From assembly GCF_036345015.1 (NCBI RefSeq), contig NZ_CP084098.1:849326-881325 (forward strand): DNA of 32,000 bases, written 5' to 3'. A model generated the notes under the pieces. It was given only the letters and a program-made list of their open reading frames with translations. It made no database searches and was not told where the DNA came from. The position numbers and the translations under genes were made by a program. This document shows, piece by piece, positions 17,235-25,620 of this stretch. The DNA comes from Cyanobacterium sp. DS4. GTDB taxonomy: Bacteria; Cyanobacteriota; Cyanobacteriia; Cyanobacteriales; Cyanobacteriaceae. Each line of letters begins with the position of its first letter. Position 1 is the stretch's first letter.

Positions 17235-18469
17235 AAAACACTCATTTCTAATCTTTTTCTTTTCGGAATTATATCATTAGAAACATTCCAATAATTTGAT
17301 GCTTTATCCATATTGTATGCCATAAATTCTAAATCAATTTTTTCTAATTTTCTCACTTCTAATTGGTTAATGTCCACTTCTAAAACTTTAATTATTTCGT
17401 CTCCTATTGCCTTCGCTAACATAGGAATAACTGCGTTACCAATTTCTCGGAAACCATGCCAAATTGTCTCATGAAATAAAAACCAATCAGGAAATGTATG
17501 CAGTCTTCCTGCTTCCCTTACTGTAATACATCTTGGTTGATTGTAGTGGATAGGACGAGCGGCAGTATAAGCTCCTTTATCTCTGGCGGTTCCAGCCCTT
17601 AGTGTGTTACACAATCCTGTAGGTGAAAGTTTCAAAAAACGACTGGTTTTTTCTACTTGTCCTTGAGGGGTATTTTGAAAACGTTGTTTTGATTTTTCTG
17701 TATGATTTGAGCCAACATGATTATAAACTAAATTGTCTCGTTGTCTGTCATGACATAATCGATAAATTCCTTGAGGTTTTAGGGCAAAATTACGTCTAAA
17801 TCCTGAATAATCGAGCTTATTTACTTCTATACCTTCATTTTTACCGATAAAAACAGGAATATTGCCTAAATCATTGATAGTATTCGCCACGTCATTATAT
17901 TCCCCTGTTTCGAGGGGATAGTTAACGGGAGGCATATCATGACGACTACCCATAAGAATAAGGCGTTTTCGCTTCTGGGGTGCACCAAAAAGACTTGCAT
18001 CGAGAATTTTAATGGGTTTTGCAATGTGATAACCCAATGACTCAAATTCGTTGATTAATTCTTCTAAAAATTGTTTATGATTACCAACGGCTATACCCGG
18101 TACATTCTCAAAGACAAAATATTTCGGTTGTAAATCTCGAATTATTCGCACATATTCAAAAACTAATGAATTACGAGGATCATCTAATTGTCTTTTTCCC
18201 ATGAGAGAAAACCCTTGACAGGGTGGCCCCCCTGCGATTAAATCGATTTCATCGATACCTTTATCTTGAAGAATCCCTTTTAAATACTCGGTTTTGAGAT
18301 GGTTTATATCTTGACAAATAGTGTGAGTGTAGGGAAAATTGAGATGATGAATTAAGGCATGGATTGCGTCAAATTCTACGGCTACCATAACATCAAATCC
18401 AGACGCTTCTAAACCTAATGACATTCCTCCACATCCCGAAAAAAGGTCGATCGCAATTGGTCTTTTCAT
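17231..18469 (-). CDS. DNA (cytosine-5) methyltransferase, specificity unassigned
   Basis: 412 aa with motif I 'DLFSGCGGMSLGL', IV 'GGPPCQGFS', VI 'ENVPG', VIII 'QKRKRLILMG', IX 'RCITVREAGRLHTFPDWF' and X 'GNAVIPMLA'. It has a variable region of about 150 aa and a C-terminal tail of about 55 aa. Confidence 0.92.
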   Translation of the reverse strand: MKRPIAIDLFSGCGGMSLGLEASGFDVMVAVEFDAIHALIHHLNFPYTHTICQDINHLKTEYLKGILQDKGIDEIDLIAGGPPCQGFSLMGKRQLDDPRNSLVFEYVRIIRDLQPKYFVFENVPGIAVGNHKQFLEELINEFESLGYHIAKPIKILDASLFGAPQKRKRLILMGSRHDMPPVNYPLETGEYNDVANTINDLGNIPVFIGKNEGIEVNKLDYSGFRRNFALKPQGIYRLCHDRQRDNLVYNHVGSNHTEKSKQRFQNTPQGQVEKTSRFLKLSPTGLCNTLRAGTARDKGAYTAARPIHYNQPRCITVREAGRLHTFPDWFLFHETIWHGFREIGNAVIPMLAKAIGDEIIKVLEVDINQLEVRKLEKIDLEFMAYNMDKASNYWNVSNDIIPKRKRLEMSVL

Positions 18470-18838
18470 TTAAGATAAAATATATAGTTAAGTTTTTTGT
18501 TATAGTATTAATTATAAATTTATATGCTGGTTCTAAATACAAAATTAGATGAAAATATTATGATTCTCTCTACTAAAGTTATCTAACATTTTTAACCATT
18601 TTTAAATAGTGTTATTTTGATTCTATCAGGAATAGATATTTATTTCAAGTACAATGCCAAAGGTACTTTTACAACAACGATCGCACCTAGTTTTTTAGCC
18701 TCCAATTTCTTGATATTTGTGGTTTTATAGCTTTTAGTAAAAGAAGGAAATACAATTTTTGAGACCGCATTAAATTTTATATACAACTAACATAATTCCT
18801 TTTTTTATAACTGATTACATAAAAATATTTTTTATTTC

Positions 18839-19321
18839 ATGATTAAAAATCTTTTACTAATATGTTTTTTAATTATTTTCTTATTTAGTTGTAATTCTTC
18901 AGATAGAGTTGATGGTATAAATGCAAAAATAAATAGAGTAATAAGTGGACAAACCCTAGAAATTGTAGTCGATAAAAAAATCTTTTCTCTCAGGTTAATG
19001 GGGGTAGAAATACCATCGAATATTGATTATGATAAAAAGTTAGCTCAACAGCATTTAATTCGATTATTGACAAATAATTATCATTATCCGCTTAATTCGG
19101 TAATCGTCAAAGTTGAAACACAATTAAATCAAAAAGATAAATATGGACGTTCGATAGGATATGTTTGGTTAAACAATCAATTGATTAATCGCAAAGTTTT
19201 AGAAGGAGGATGGGCGATCGCATCTTTAGAATATACGGATGGAAAATACGATCAAGATTTACTACAAGGCGAAGAATACGCTCGAATTATGGAGAATGGA
19301 GTCTGGAAAATTCATTATTAA
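18839..19321 (+). CDS. SNase (thermonuclease)-like lipoprotein with non-canonical active-site residues
   Basis: 160 aa with a signal peptide and lipobox 'LFSC' (Cys18). The SNase-fold landmarks 'LRLMGVEIPS' and 'DKYGRSIGYVWL' align to staphylococcal nuclease 'FRLLLVDTPE' and 'DKYGRGLAYIYA'. Confidence 0.7.
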   Translation: MIKNLLLICFLIIFLFSCNSSDRVDGINAKINRVISGQTLEIVVDKKIFSLRLMGVEIPSNIDYDKKLAQQHLIRLLTNNYHYPLNSVIVKVETQLNQKDKYGRSIGYVWLNNQLINRKVLEGGWAIASLEYTDGKYDQDLLQGEEYARIMENGVWKIHY

Positions 19322-19366
19322 TGAACTTAAAACATAAGATTTAATGGTCAAATCCTTTTAATATTT

Positions 19367-19375
19367 TGATATAAT
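19367..19375 (+). promoter_or_regulatory. candidate extended -10 promoter element for rpsU
   Basis: TGaTATAAT (TGnTATAAT consensus) lies 58 nt upstream of the rpsU ATG. A second GATATAAT lies at 19387-19394. There is no good -35. Confidence 0.35.
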
Positions 19376-19432
19376 GTGCTGATCACGATATAATTGAAAA
19401 TGCAGTAAATTTTAGAAAAAGGAGGATATTGC

Positions 19433-19609
19433 ATGACCCAAGTGGTTGTGGGACAAAATGAAAATATAGAATCAGCTTTACGTCGTTTTAAAAGACAAGT
19501 TTCCAAAGCGGGTATATTCGCTGATATTAAGCGTTTACGTCACTATGAAACCCCCATTGAGAAGAAAAAACGCAAAGCCGTTGCTCGTCGCAAAAAACGT
19601 TTTCGTTAA
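19433..19609 (+). CDS. rpsU: 30S ribosomal protein S21
   Basis: 58-aa ORF below the track cutoff: [58 protein letters not shown]. The SD AAAGGAGGA lies 7-8 nt upstream. This is the classic S21 sequence pattern. Confidence 0.9.
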   Translation: MTQVVVGQNENIESALRRFKRQVSKAGIFADIKRLRHYETPIEKKKRKAVARRKKRFR

Positions 19610-19825
19610 GGTTTAGATTTAATCATATTATTTTAACTGTTTGAGTTAATTTAATTATGGGGTTAATTTATTTGAGAGTTATACACATCTAAGCCCCAAA
19701 TACTTTCGACAAAGCATCACTTTTGTTGATTGCTTCAAAACATATCCCGAATTACAATATCAGGGGATAAAAGATAAGTTAAATTGTTATTTTTAAGGTT
19801 TGGTGATTTTTTTGAATATATAAAG

Positions 19826-19843
19826 TAAGGGAAATTTCCCTTA
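19826..19843. repeat. perfect 18-bp palindrome TAAGGGAAATTTCCCTTA
   Basis: Read directly; the reverse complement is identical. It lies in the 711-bp non-coding region between rpsU and petB. Function unknown. Confidence 0.9.
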
Positions 19844-20320
19844 AAACAGTTCAAAGGCAACAAATAAACAAAACATTGCTTTTGACTGTTATTTTAAGTT
19901 TCTGTTTCTAGTCATCATCAAAACTAGCAGAAAAACTTAGAGATATGTTAAATTTTATTTAGTAATTGAAGAATAGTTGTCTTATACTTTTTCTTTTTTT
20001 ACTAAAACGTCATGATATAATCATCCAATTGATTAATTGTCGTTGTTAACTGGAGATAACTTAAAGAATTGTGTCTAAAATTCTCAGGTTTCCTTGTAGC
20101 ACACAATTAAGACGTTTTAGGCAGTAAATAACGTAAGTCCTAAAAAAACAATTATCCTAAAAGTGAGAAAGAGAAACTGAGTAACACAATTTAGGTAAAA
20201 GCCTTGCCGTTAGGCTTTATAGTTCAAAACAGAACTAAAGAAGATACTTGTATATTTCTACAGGTTTTCTAAATGGCACTTAACTGTACATAAATAATAA
20301 TATATTTAGCTTAGGGCTTA

Positions 20321-20989
20321 ATGTTTACTAAACAAGTAACCGATTCACCTGTTTATAAATGGTTTAATGATCGTTTAGAAATCGAAGCGATCTCCGATGA
20401 CATTAGCAGTAAGTATGTTCCCCCTCATGTAAATATTTTTTACTGTCTTGGTGGAATCACTTTAACTTGCTTCTTAATTCAGTTTGCTACTGGGTTTGCG
20501 ATGACTTTTTACTACAAACCCACCGTTACCGAAGCGTTTTCTTCTGTTCAATTCATCATGAATGAAGTTAACTTCGGTTGGTTAATTCGTTCTATCCATC
20601 GCTGGTCTGCTAGTATGATGGTCTTGATGTTAATTCTCCACGTTTTCCGTGTTTATTTGACTGGTGGTTTCAAAAAACCTCGTGAGTTAACTTGGATTGT
20701 GGGTGTAACAATGGCAGTTATTACCGTTTCTTTCGGTGTAACTGGTTATTCTTTACCTTGGGATCAAGTAGGTTATTGGGCGGTTAAAATCGTTTCTGGT
20801 GTACCTGCGGCTATTCCTGTGGTGGGAGATCAAATGGTAGAACTTTTAAGAGGTGGTGCGAGTGTTGGTCAAGCAACTTTAACTCGTTTCTATACTATTC
20901 ACACTTTCGTTTTACCTTGGTTAATGGCAGTGTTTATGTTATTACACTTCCTCTTAATCCGTAAGCAAGGTATTTCTGGTCCTTTGTAA
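20321..20989 (+). CDS. petB: cytochrome b6
   Basis: 222-aa ORF '[65 protein letters not shown]...'. This is a canonical PetB. Confidence 0.97.
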   Translation: MFTKQVTDSPVYKWFNDRLEIEAISDDISSKYVPPHVNIFYCLGGITLTCFLIQFATGFAMTFYYKPTVTEAFSSVQFIMNEVNFGWLIRSIHRWSASMMVLMLILHVFRVYLTGGFKKPRELTWIVGVTMAVITVSFGVTGYSLPWDQVGYWAVKIVSGVPAAIPVVGDQMVELLRGGASVGQATLTRFYTIHTFVLPWLMAVFMLLHFLLIRKQGISGPL

Positions 20990-21149
20990 ATTGATAGTTA
21001 ACTTTGAAGGCGATGACAATATGTCTCGTCTTTTTCAATATTAGTTAACAAATTGACAGGACATAAGGATGTTCAGGATAAAATAAAACATAATTCTTGA
21101 ATTGTCTTTATTCCTTTTTCTCATTCATTTAAGGAGATAATTGCATACT

Positions 21150-21647
21150 ATGTCTAATCCTAATTCTCAGTTAATTAAAAAGCCAGATCTTAATGATCCT
21201 AAATTGAGAGCAAAATTGGCTCAAAATATGGGACACCACTACTATGGTGAGATTGCGTGGCCTAACGATATTCTCTATATGTTCCCTGTATGTATTTTGG
21301 GTGCATTAGGTTTAATTGTTGGTTTAGCAATTTTAGATCCTGCTATGATTGGTGAACCTGCTGATCCTTTCGCAACTCCTTTGGAAATTTTACCTGAATG
21401 GTATTTATATCCTGTATTCCAAATTTTGCGTATTTTACCTAACAAACTTTTAGGTATTGCTTGTCAAGCGGCTATTCCTTTAGGTTTAATGCTTGTTCCT
21501 TTTATTGAAAGCGTTAATAAGTTCCAAAATCCTTTCCGTCGCCCTATTGCGATGACTGTATTTTTATTCGGTACTTTAGTTACCCTTTGGTTAGGTGCTG
21601 GTTCTGTATTCCCTATTGATAAGTCTTTAACTTTAGGTTTATTCTAG
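21150..21647 (+). CDS. petD: cytochrome b6-f complex subunit IV
   Basis: '[38 protein letters not shown]' and '[13 protein letters not shown]'. I prefer ATG 21150 (SD AAGGAG at 21131-21136) to the TTG at 21141 used by the track. Confidence 0.95.
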   Translation: MSNPNSQLIKKPDLNDPKLRAKLAQNMGHHYYGEIAWPNDILYMFPVCILGALGLIVGLAILDPAMIGEPADPFATPLEILPEWYLYPVFQILRILPNKLLGIACQAAIPLGLMLVPFIESVNKFQNPFRRPIAMTVFLFGTLVTLWLGAGSVFPIDKSLTLGLF

Positions 21648-21889
21648 GTTCTAGTACGTTGATTTTTATTAATCATCTCAAGTAAAAAAGGTCTGTGATT
21701 GCTGTATAGCCTGAAATTGGTTAGATGCGATCGCAGCCTTTAGTTATTTTAATCTCAGTTGGATATAAAACTCTATTTATTCAATAACTTTTTAGTTATA
21801 TTTTGTTACAAAGATTGTTTTTTAACCTTAAAAAAAGTTAAATATATAAGGATTATAAATAATCAATTGTAAGTGATAAATAATTTAAT

Positions 21890-22813
21890 ATGACTATTAG
21901 TGCTACCTCTGCAGAAACGACCCTAAGTACGAAAATCATTAATGGTTTATTAGCCATAAAACCCTTGGCGGAATTTGCCAAAAACAGAGCCAGAAACATG
22001 ATTATCAAACGGGCTTATTCCATTGGGGTAAACTGGCAAGAAAATATCAATTCCTTACAAAATCATGATTGGGAACAAGAAATAAATTCTTTAACCAACA
22101 CTAATATAAGTTATCCAGACTATTATCTTAACTCTTTCCATGCCTACGAAAAAGGAAATTTGCAATGGGAAGCGGCTTGGGAATTAGAGTCGGCGGCTTA
22201 TAGCGTTCATTCTACCATTTATAGTAAAACTCCTCAAAAAGAGGGCGATCGCACCCTCAGAAATAACTATCATCAAGTATTAAAAGAAAAGTTAACTATT
22301 ACTCCTCAAAATATTCTTGATATTGGTTGCGGAGTAGGATTAAGTACCTTTGCATTAAAAGAACAGTATCCAGAAAGTGAAATTTCAGGGTTAGACTTAT
22401 CTCCCTACTTTCTCTCCGTTGCCAACTATCAAAGCCAACAAAAAAATCAAAAGATTCAATGGTTACACTCTCAGGCTGAAAAAACAAATCTTCCCTCAAA
22501 CTCCCATGACTTAGTTTCCGCCTTTTTAATTTTTCATGAATTGCCTCAATTAGCCGCAAAAAATATAATCGAAGAAGCCCATAGAGTCCTAAAAACAGGG
22601 GGATACTTTTGCATGATGGACATGAATCCCCAATCAGAAGTTTACAAAAAAATGCCTCGTTATGTGTTCACCCTCTTGAAAAGCACTGAACCTTATTTAG
22701 ACGAATATTTTAGTTTGAATATGGAATCAGTTTTTCTCGATGCTGGATTTGAAAAACCCTCTATTATTCCCATTAGCATTCGTCATCGTACAATTGTTGC
22801 CCGAAAGAGATAG
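21890..22813 (+). CDS. class I SAM-dependent methyltransferase (conserved cyanobacterial/plastid-type), substrate unknown
   Basis: 307-aa ORF with motif I 'ILDIGCGVGLST', post-I 'ISGLDLSP' and 'VSAFLIFHELP'. The N-terminal 'YPDYYLNSFHAYEKGNLQWEAAWELE' region is conserved in this family as I recall. Confidence 0.7.
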   Translation: MTISATSAETTLSTKIINGLLAIKPLAEFAKNRARNMIIKRAYSIGVNWQENINSLQNHDWEQEINSLTNTNISYPDYYLNSFHAYEKGNLQWEAAWELESAAYSVHSTIYSKTPQKEGDRTLRNNYHQVLKEKLTITPQNILDIGCGVGLSTFALKEQYPESEISGLDLSPYFLSVANYQSQQKNQKIQWLHSQAEKTNLPSNSHDLVSAFLIFHELPQLAAKNIIEEAHRVLKTGGYFCMMDMNPQSEVYKKMPRYVFTLLKSTEPYLDEYFSLNMESVFLDAGFEKPSIIPISIRHRTIVARKR

Positions 22814-22872
22814 CAAACCTCTATTGAGCTTAATAATTAACCTGAACTAGATGTAAAATTGTCGGTTAAGTT

Positions 22873-22982
22873 AGGCAAAAGACAAAGTAAAAAGGGCAAG
22901 GGGCAAGGGGCAAAGATAAATAACCTCAGTTCGGTTTAAGAATATCCGATAAGGTTAGGTGTCAGGTTTCAGGTTGCAGGTT
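22873..22982. repeat. heptanucleotide-periodic arrays (locus D, left part)
   Basis: 7-mers aggcaaa agacaaa gtaaaaa gggcaag gggcaag gggcaaa gataaat at 22873-22921. 7-mers tcaggtt tcaggtt gcaggtt at 22962-22982. Confidence 0.8.
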
Positions 22983-23119
22983 ACCTGAGTTCGATGAAGA
23001 AAGTTTTGAAAAATAACAACTTGAGAGTTATCGCAGAGAAAATTTTGCGAGAAAAAATAATTAAATAAATTCTTATGAAATTAATTTATTCAGCTTTTTT
23101 GTCAATAACTATAACTTTT

Positions 23120-23245
23120 AACTCCGAACCCCGAACTCCGAACTCCGAACTCAGGTCAGGTTGCAGGTGTTAGGATGATGACCAGATGAGAAGAGAGAAT
23201 GAGAGGAGGAAGTAAAGGCTTAGGGTTTGAGGTGGTAGGGGTTGA
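23120..23245. repeat. heptanucleotide-periodic array, 18 consecutive in-phase units (locus D, centre)
   Basis: aactccg aaccccg aactccg aactccg aactcag gtcaggt tgcaggt gttagga tgatgac cagatga gaagaga gaatgag aggagga agtaaag gcttagg gtttgag gtggtag gggttga. Confidence 0.8.
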
Positions 23246-23328
23246 ATATATTTTTAACGTTAGTTCGGGTTAAGGCAATTTTATCGTTATTTCTAAGAAG
23301 CTATAAGGTTTTCTGACTACGAGTTGGT

Positions 23329-23419
23329 TTCAGCTTTCAGCTTATCCAAAACTCAGGTTAAATAGTTGATAATTAATAACTCCTAACTCCGAACCCCTAA
23401 CTCCGAACTCCGAACTCAG
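23329..23419. repeat. heptanucleotide-periodic array plus shared 20-nt core (locus D, right part)
   Basis: ttcagct ttcagct at 23329-23342. The core aatagttgataattaataac at 23361-23380 is the exact reverse complement of 1766-1785. 7-mers aactcct aactccg aacccct aactccg aactccg aactcag at 23378-23419. Confidence 0.8.
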
Positions 23420-23445
23420 ATGATATTCTTGCGGAAGAATTAAAA

Positions 23446-23781
23446 TTAGATTAGAGAATTAAAATCCCTTCTCAAAAGATTAACATTAGCAATTCTCCCA
23501 ATAATTAAGATTTCTTCTTGTGTTTTGCTAAAATTGTTTCTCCATTTTTCAATTTCTTTTTCCTGATGTAACCAAAAATCAATGATACTTTCTATCACTT
23601 GATCCCAGTTCCAGTCTGGCTTTTGAGGAATCATATCCGTTGATTGAATAAAACTGTCTAAAGTACATTCATAGCTTCCTAAATAGGCTTTACTACGATG
23701 AGGGCTTTGTTCAACTTTTTGTTGATAGTAGAAAAAATCTAATACGGGAGCAATTCCCACAATATCAAAACAGTAGGTCAT
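23446..23781 (-). CDS. hypothetical protein (111 aa)
   Basis: ATG-initiated ORF with no overlap and ordinary amino-acid composition ('MTYCFDIVGIAPVLDFFYYQQKVEQSPHRSKAYLGSYECTLDSF...'). I recognise no family. Confidence 0.5.
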   Translation of the reverse strand: MTYCFDIVGIAPVLDFFYYQQKVEQSPHRSKAYLGSYECTLDSFIQSTDMIPQKPDWNWDQVIESIIDFWLHQEKEIEKWRNNFSKTQEEILIIGRIANVNLLRRDFNSLI

Positions 23782-24315
23782 TGTTTGATTTTCTCCTCAA
23801 TTTTAAACGACAGTAATTATTTAAAAAATTTGTTTTATTTTTATTAAAGCTGATTTGAAAAAAAAGGGTTGATCCTAGAAAAGAAAGAATCGAATATTGA
23901 CCATCATAACCGACAAGAAGATTCAGTTTTGTTACTTACGAACTTTTCAAGATTTTCAGGGTTTTATCATAATCTCTACTAAGAATAAGTCATAAAAAAT
24001 TAATAGGTGATTTCTCTTAGATGACGAAAAATAAATCAAAAACCAATAGCTATTAACTCTTATAACCTTTGTTAATTAATACAAACAGAGAAATAAATTT
24101 TTAGTGGTTAATTACAATATTGCCTAACACATATAAGAAATTTATATCATTAATTTTAAAATAAATTTACATTTATTGATATATTAGGTTAGAATTTAGT
24201 CTTAAAAAAAGACATCCATTTATAATTAATTGGAGTCAATTAATTTTACTAAAGAAAATAGTTGCCCACGAATAATTTTATTTAGCGTGTGACGAGTAAC
24301 AAGGAAACTAAATCC

Positions 24316-25566
24316 ATGAACTTAAAGTGTCTATCTCAGAGATTATCTTCTGCTGGATTCGTTCTAGCATTAGGATTAATCGCATCACCTGAATCAGTTA
24401 GTGCCACTGTCTTAGAGTCTGTTAAGACAAAAACCCAAGAATTTTCCCAACCTACTTTATTGGTTAATAGTGCCGAACAGGTTTCTATTTTGACGGAGAA
24501 TACTTCAAGTTTAAAAACTGATTCTAACAGTAACTCTATAGTTGCGAAAGCGACTTCTCATTCATCTAACATCAATAATGGTGTTGTCACTGAAAACAAT
24601 GTTTCCAGAGTCATTACTCCTTCTTTTGATCAAAGATTAAAAACGTCGGCCACTTCTTTTGAGTCGGCGGATAAATTTACGGTTGCAGATAATCAGATTA
24701 TTTCTGGAAGTCAAGAGCAACCTTTGAGTATTCCCGTTAATTCTGCGGAGTCTCCCAATTTGATCAAAACTGAATCTGTTTCTATTCCCATTGCGATCGA
24801 AACTTCTAATAATAGTTCTGACGTTAGTGCTGTTAATATACCTGTTGTACCTTCTGCGAAGGATTCTTTTATCAAGCAACAGACTGAAAGTAATACTACC
24901 AACAATGTTATTACCTTAGATGTAGAAGAGCCAACATTTATTTCTAATGGTGATGTAAATGCTGATTCTACCGTAAACGAGAATAACATCAATCTGATTA
25001 GTGCTTCGAGTCAAGACAATTTTGAAGATAGCTCTCAAAACAGTAATCTAGTTAGTGTTGTTCCCATTCAAATAGAATACTATGATCCGACGATGAGTCC
25101 TGCGGTAGGAGATATTGGTTCTCCAAATTTACCACAACTGAATTCTCCTGACCCTTATTTACCTGAAAGTCAAAGACCTTTTCGAGGTTATATTTGGCCT
25201 GCTAAAGGGGTGTTTACTTCTGGTTATGGTTGGCGTTGGGGTAGAATGCACAGAGGTATAGATATTGCCGCACCAGTGGGAACTCCTATTTTTGCGGCGG
25301 CTGATGGAGAAGTTATCACTGCTGGTTGGAATTCTGGTGGTTTTGGTAATTTAGTCAGAATCAGACATTACGATGGTAGTGTTACCCTTTATGCTCACAA
25401 TAGCAAAATTCTGGTTCGCCGTGGACAAAACGTCACCCAAGGGCAACAGATAGCCAAAATGGGTAGTACTGGTTTTAGCACTGGTCCTCACTTACATTTT
25501 GAAATCCATCCTAATGGTAGTAAAGCGGTAGATCCGATCGCATTTTTACCAAGAAAAGGAAAATAA
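24316..25566 (+). CDS. secreted M23 (LytM-type) metallopeptidase with long Ser/Asn/Thr-rich linker
   Basis: The C-terminal domain has 'HRGIDIAAPVGTPIFAAADGEV', 'GFGNLVRIRHYDGSVTLYAHN' and 'GPHLHFEIHPNG'. A signal peptide follows the ATG at 24316 (SD-like AAGGA 10 nt upstream). The track start (GTG 24289) is less likely. Confidence 0.9.
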   Translation: MNLKCLSQRLSSAGFVLALGLIASPESVSATVLESVKTKTQEFSQPTLLVNSAEQVSILTENTSSLKTDSNSNSIVAKATSHSSNINNGVVTENNVSRVITPSFDQRLKTSATSFESADKFTVADNQIISGSQEQPLSIPVNSAESPNLIKTESVSIPIAIETSNNSSDVSAVNIPVVPSAKDSFIKQQTESNTTNNVITLDVEEPTFISNGDVNADSTVNENNINLISASSQDNFEDSSQNSNLVSVVPIQIEYYDPTMSPAVGDIGSPNLPQLNSPDPYLPESQRPFRGYIWPAKGVFTSGYGWRWGRMHRGIDIAAPVGTPIFAAADGEVITAGWNSGGFGNLVRIRHYDGSVTLYAHNSKILVRRGQNVTQGQQIAKMGSTGFSTGPHLHFEIHPNGSKAVDPIAFLPRKGK

Positions 25567-25578
25567 ATCACTTTTCAG

Positions 25579-25620
25579 GAATGAGAAATGAGGAATTAAG
25601 AATGAGAAATGGGGAATTAC
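25579..25620. repeat. 21-nt direct repeat x2 built of 7-mers (locus E)
   Basis: gaatgag aaatgag gaattaa / gaatgag aaatggg gaattac, beginning 13 nt after the M23 peptidase stop. Confidence 0.7.

Noticed and set aside
17231-18469. Assigning the 412-aa MTase to CGATCG (HIP1-core) specificity like the Synechocystis orphan m5C MTase
   Set aside because: The N-terminus ('RPIAIDLF...') is reminiscent of my memory of that enzyme, and it would be a neat link to HIP1. I cannot align the variable region from memory. A cognate CGATCG-cutting nuclease in a HIP1-rich genome is a strong claim. I leave this as a test (methylome/REBASE), not a call.
14300-19330. Looked for mobility hallmarks around the low-GC island (integrase, transposase, tRNA target, terminal inverted or direct repeats)
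   Set aside because: None found by eye. The island boundaries therefore remain undefined, and I do not call a mobile_element feature.
19659-19697. Possible terminator hairpin (GGGGTTA...TAAGCCCC) after rpsU
   Set aside because: The stem is only about 6 bp with a G-T pair and a loop of about 25 nt. No U-tract follows. Too weak to call.
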